Positions 61,210-64,000 of a stretch of 64,000 nt of DNA are shown here, piece by piece (position 1 is the stretch's first letter; each line of letters begins with the position of its first letter). The translations under genes and the position numbers were made by a program. A model generated the notes under the pieces. The model searched no databases. It saw only the letters and a program-made list of their open reading frames with translations, and had not been told where the DNA came from. The DNA comes from Macrostomum lignano (lineage: Eukaryota). Where the stretch lies: positions 186,001-250,000 of the forward strand of contig NIVC01000109.1 of assembly GCA_002269645.1 (NCBI GenBank), read 5' to 3'.

Positions 61210-64000
61210 GAGGCCTGGAGTTTAGCGCCTCCTTGTGGCTGCTCGGCGCAGGCTCATGCCCGCCAGAGCGAAGTGTCGCTATCGATCTCCGAAGGTGTAA
61301 ACGGCTCTTTAACTTGCGGTGTCATTTGCTACAACTCAAGGCGGCTGTTGAGAAGCATGGCTCTTGAATTCCTGATGCGGTGGCAAGAGCCATCGGTTTG
61401 CCTGAGGCTTTCGGCCATAGACTCGGCTGGCGTTGGAGTTGGTGCTAATAATAGATGCAAGAATTATATCGCTCGTAGCTTGCAGCTAGCAAAAAACAAC
61501 ACAGCAACACAACATCGCTGGATTTTTAGGTCGACTCAAACATCTTTTAATTACGTAAACTTGAAAAATTTAACTTCGATAAACTTTTATATTGTGAAAA
61601 CAGGTGGGACCAAATTCAAACAGAATTCATACTGTTGTGCCGGCGTGCACTTGCACTGTTGAGCGATCTATTCAGCTCTCAGTGCGGGTGCACCCGCCAT
61701 TGCACCTTTCCCACATGCCCGCCACCCTCCGCTTTGTCTAAAGATTCAGAAGTTTACTCAATGCTAAAGTTTAAGAAGTTTACGCGTACCGGCCCACCCC
61801 CTTTTGTGTGTGATTGGCTGAGCTGCCCGCTGAGCTCCCCCATTACTAAGTTGTGATTTGTTCCTTGTTTATGCGCTCGTGCCGGCCAATCGGCGGCCGA
61901 GAAATGGCTGTGGGTCCAAACCCCAAGCCTAGAGGTTTGGGGTGGGGGTTGTGCGTGCTAAATATAAATGTGTTGGAGTAGAGCGAGGGAGAGGGCTCCT
62001 GTTGAACCTGACTTGACAAGTCAACTCTTAAGTACGCAATACTAACTCTAGCAAACTCTCGGCCGCTCTGTCTCACTCCTCTGAGAAGTAAACTGCCAGT
62101 CTGCGAAGAAATTACAGCGAGTTACCTCCGCTTAAATTTCTTGGGCAAATTGCCTACGGGAGCTTTCGAGTTGTGGGTTTCAGGGACGGACCGGCTCAGT
62201 GTGTCGACGCGATCTCACGCTCAGCTATTGCAGTCAGTCCGGCCAGCGGGATGAAGGGATTCTGTGACACACTAGATCTGGCCTAGACTCAACAATACAA
62301 CGCCCTTTGAAAAAAATTAATAGTGTTAGAGAATCGCCGAGTTCAGTGCTAAAACAGTAGCACTGGCAACTACGTGTGTTATTCTTTATTTTAAATTGAA
62401 CTTTTAAACACAAATGGGCCTGTTAACCCAAAGCAAGGCTCCGGACTGAACCAACCTTGAATCTAGATTATTACCTCGAAACATTTTGCTAGAAACACCG
62501 AGACGTCTCATCCAGGTCTCCTGAGTAGGTCAAACTAGGGCTCTAAAAGAAAACTGCAATTCACAAATTGATGTGTATTTGAGTGAACTATTAAGAGCGA
62601 TTTGAGTTAATCATTTCAACAAAATATACAAATACTTTTAGTTTGAAGTATAAAGATTGTGAGCAAACATGCTCGCATATAAACCTTATGCCTGTTTACT
62701 TACAGAAAGAATCATAATGGATTGTAGTTTCTTTGAACTCCCATCGTTTGGGTCGTTCTTAAGTTGTCCTTGGGCGAATATTGGCACCCTAAGCTGGAAG
62801 TGCTACCAAGTTGATCAAGTTGACTTTCCATTTTGCATTGCAGTAAAATCTCCGTGGGATGTCTTTCCTGCTCGCCGTGAAAGCTTGCAGAATCCTACGG
62901 CTTTATTGAACAAAAAAACACAAATCGACGTTCATCTTCCTCTACCTCTAGCCTCGCCTGGTACCTGCAAACCGGGAAAATTCTGAACGTGTTTACTTAG
63001 CCGCGAACACCGGTTTCCAAGCAGAAAATGTTGGAAATCGATAGCAGCTCAATAGCTAGGCTAAAAATTCTGCTCTATTGTCTTGCGCGCTTCTTTTATT
63101 TCTGCTCGCCAGCTGCGCTTTCATTCAGGCTCGCTTCCTGAAGCGGGTCTAGAGATGGATGCAGGATGCGTATAGCTGCATGGGGGACAGAATGGTTGCA
63201 TATCTGCCCTGTACTAGCTATAAATGCGTGCTTGTATTGTGGCGAGACATTTAGCTAGAGAGGTGCCGCAGACAAATACCCGTTAGTGACCAGTGCAGCC
63301 TCTGTCGCCCTCGCACTTGACAGTAAACAACATTGCCATTAAACTCTGCATGGGGTCAAAGCGCCTAAGCTGGCTAAAGTCAATTACGTATGACAGAATG
63401 ACAGAAGACCCAAACACCCACAGGGGCTTTAGATTTAAATCGAAGATAGTCATCCAGTGAATCATAAATACGGCTCAACACACGGCTCTGTCTGTGACCA
63501 TGCATAGATATTGTAGATAGTCTGCTTCCCACTGAGAAATCGATGCATCTTCAAAAATAGGCTTTTCTATGCAAGCGACAAGTTTGCCGTCGGCTCTTTA
63601 ACTCTCTCCCACGGCTGGAGCAGATGCAGAAGGAAACGAGCAAAGCCTATTGTTCCCGCATCCCGTGGCAAAAATAAAGATAATGGATGGGAAGGAAGTC
63701 AAGAGCGGCAGGTCTCGGCCTGTCTCACTCATCCCAGAGGGGCCCGCGTCTCTGCCTATTCTTAATCCAAGCTCTGCCAGCCCCGCCTCCTCCCAGTTTC
63801 CAGAATTGCAGCCGCTCCCACTGCTTTTTTGCTTTCCATGTAGTTCCAGTTGCCATGGCTACCAGCCTCTGTTGTTTTCCTCTTTTTCTGTCCCCCCACC
63901 ACCTCCTTCTGTCCCACTGCTCTGCCGGAGGTTGGGAGAGGAGCGAGAGAGGGGAAGCCTGGACAAAAGCGGGCGGGGGGTTTGACGACAGTATGGACGG

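Noticed and set aside
60658-61662. Plus-strand ORFs of 157 and 165 aa
   Set aside because: These are antisense shadows of the GC-rich Gln ORF; the Leu runs are reverse-complemented CAG repeats, not a signal peptide.

Overview
Eukaryotic (animal) genomic DNA, not prokaryotic: spliced genes with GT/GC-AG introns, GC-rich exons and very dense intronic minisatellites. This style suggests a lophotrochozoan such as the flatworm Macrostomum (inference only). Four spliced genes can be reconstructed with consistent exon phases: mitochondrial aspartyl-tRNA synthetase DARS2 (minus, 6 exons, about 617 aa), two DEG/ENaC channel paralogues (minus, 6 exons each, about 594 and 568 aa) and epsin (plus, 7 exons, about 486 aa). 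Two broken paralogue fragments flank the first channel gene. There are two single-exon ORFs: a type II membrane DXD-family glycosyltransferase homologue lacking its catalytic residues, and a 248-aa Gln-rich orphan. The rest is TE relics (RTE, Jockey/I, R1/LOA LINEs, Gypsy, CACTA, Chapaev, MITEs, a tRNA-derived SINE) and about 18 distinct tandem arrays, including a 4.1-kb 23-bp satellite and an interstitial (TAACCC)n tract. The most coherent unexplained pattern is that several arrays visibly arise from, or ride inside, small mobile elements (TIR subterminal motif, MITE with 8-bp TSD, SINE head) and inflate most of the larger DARS2 and epsin introns. All coordinates and translations were read by eye; no database search was run.
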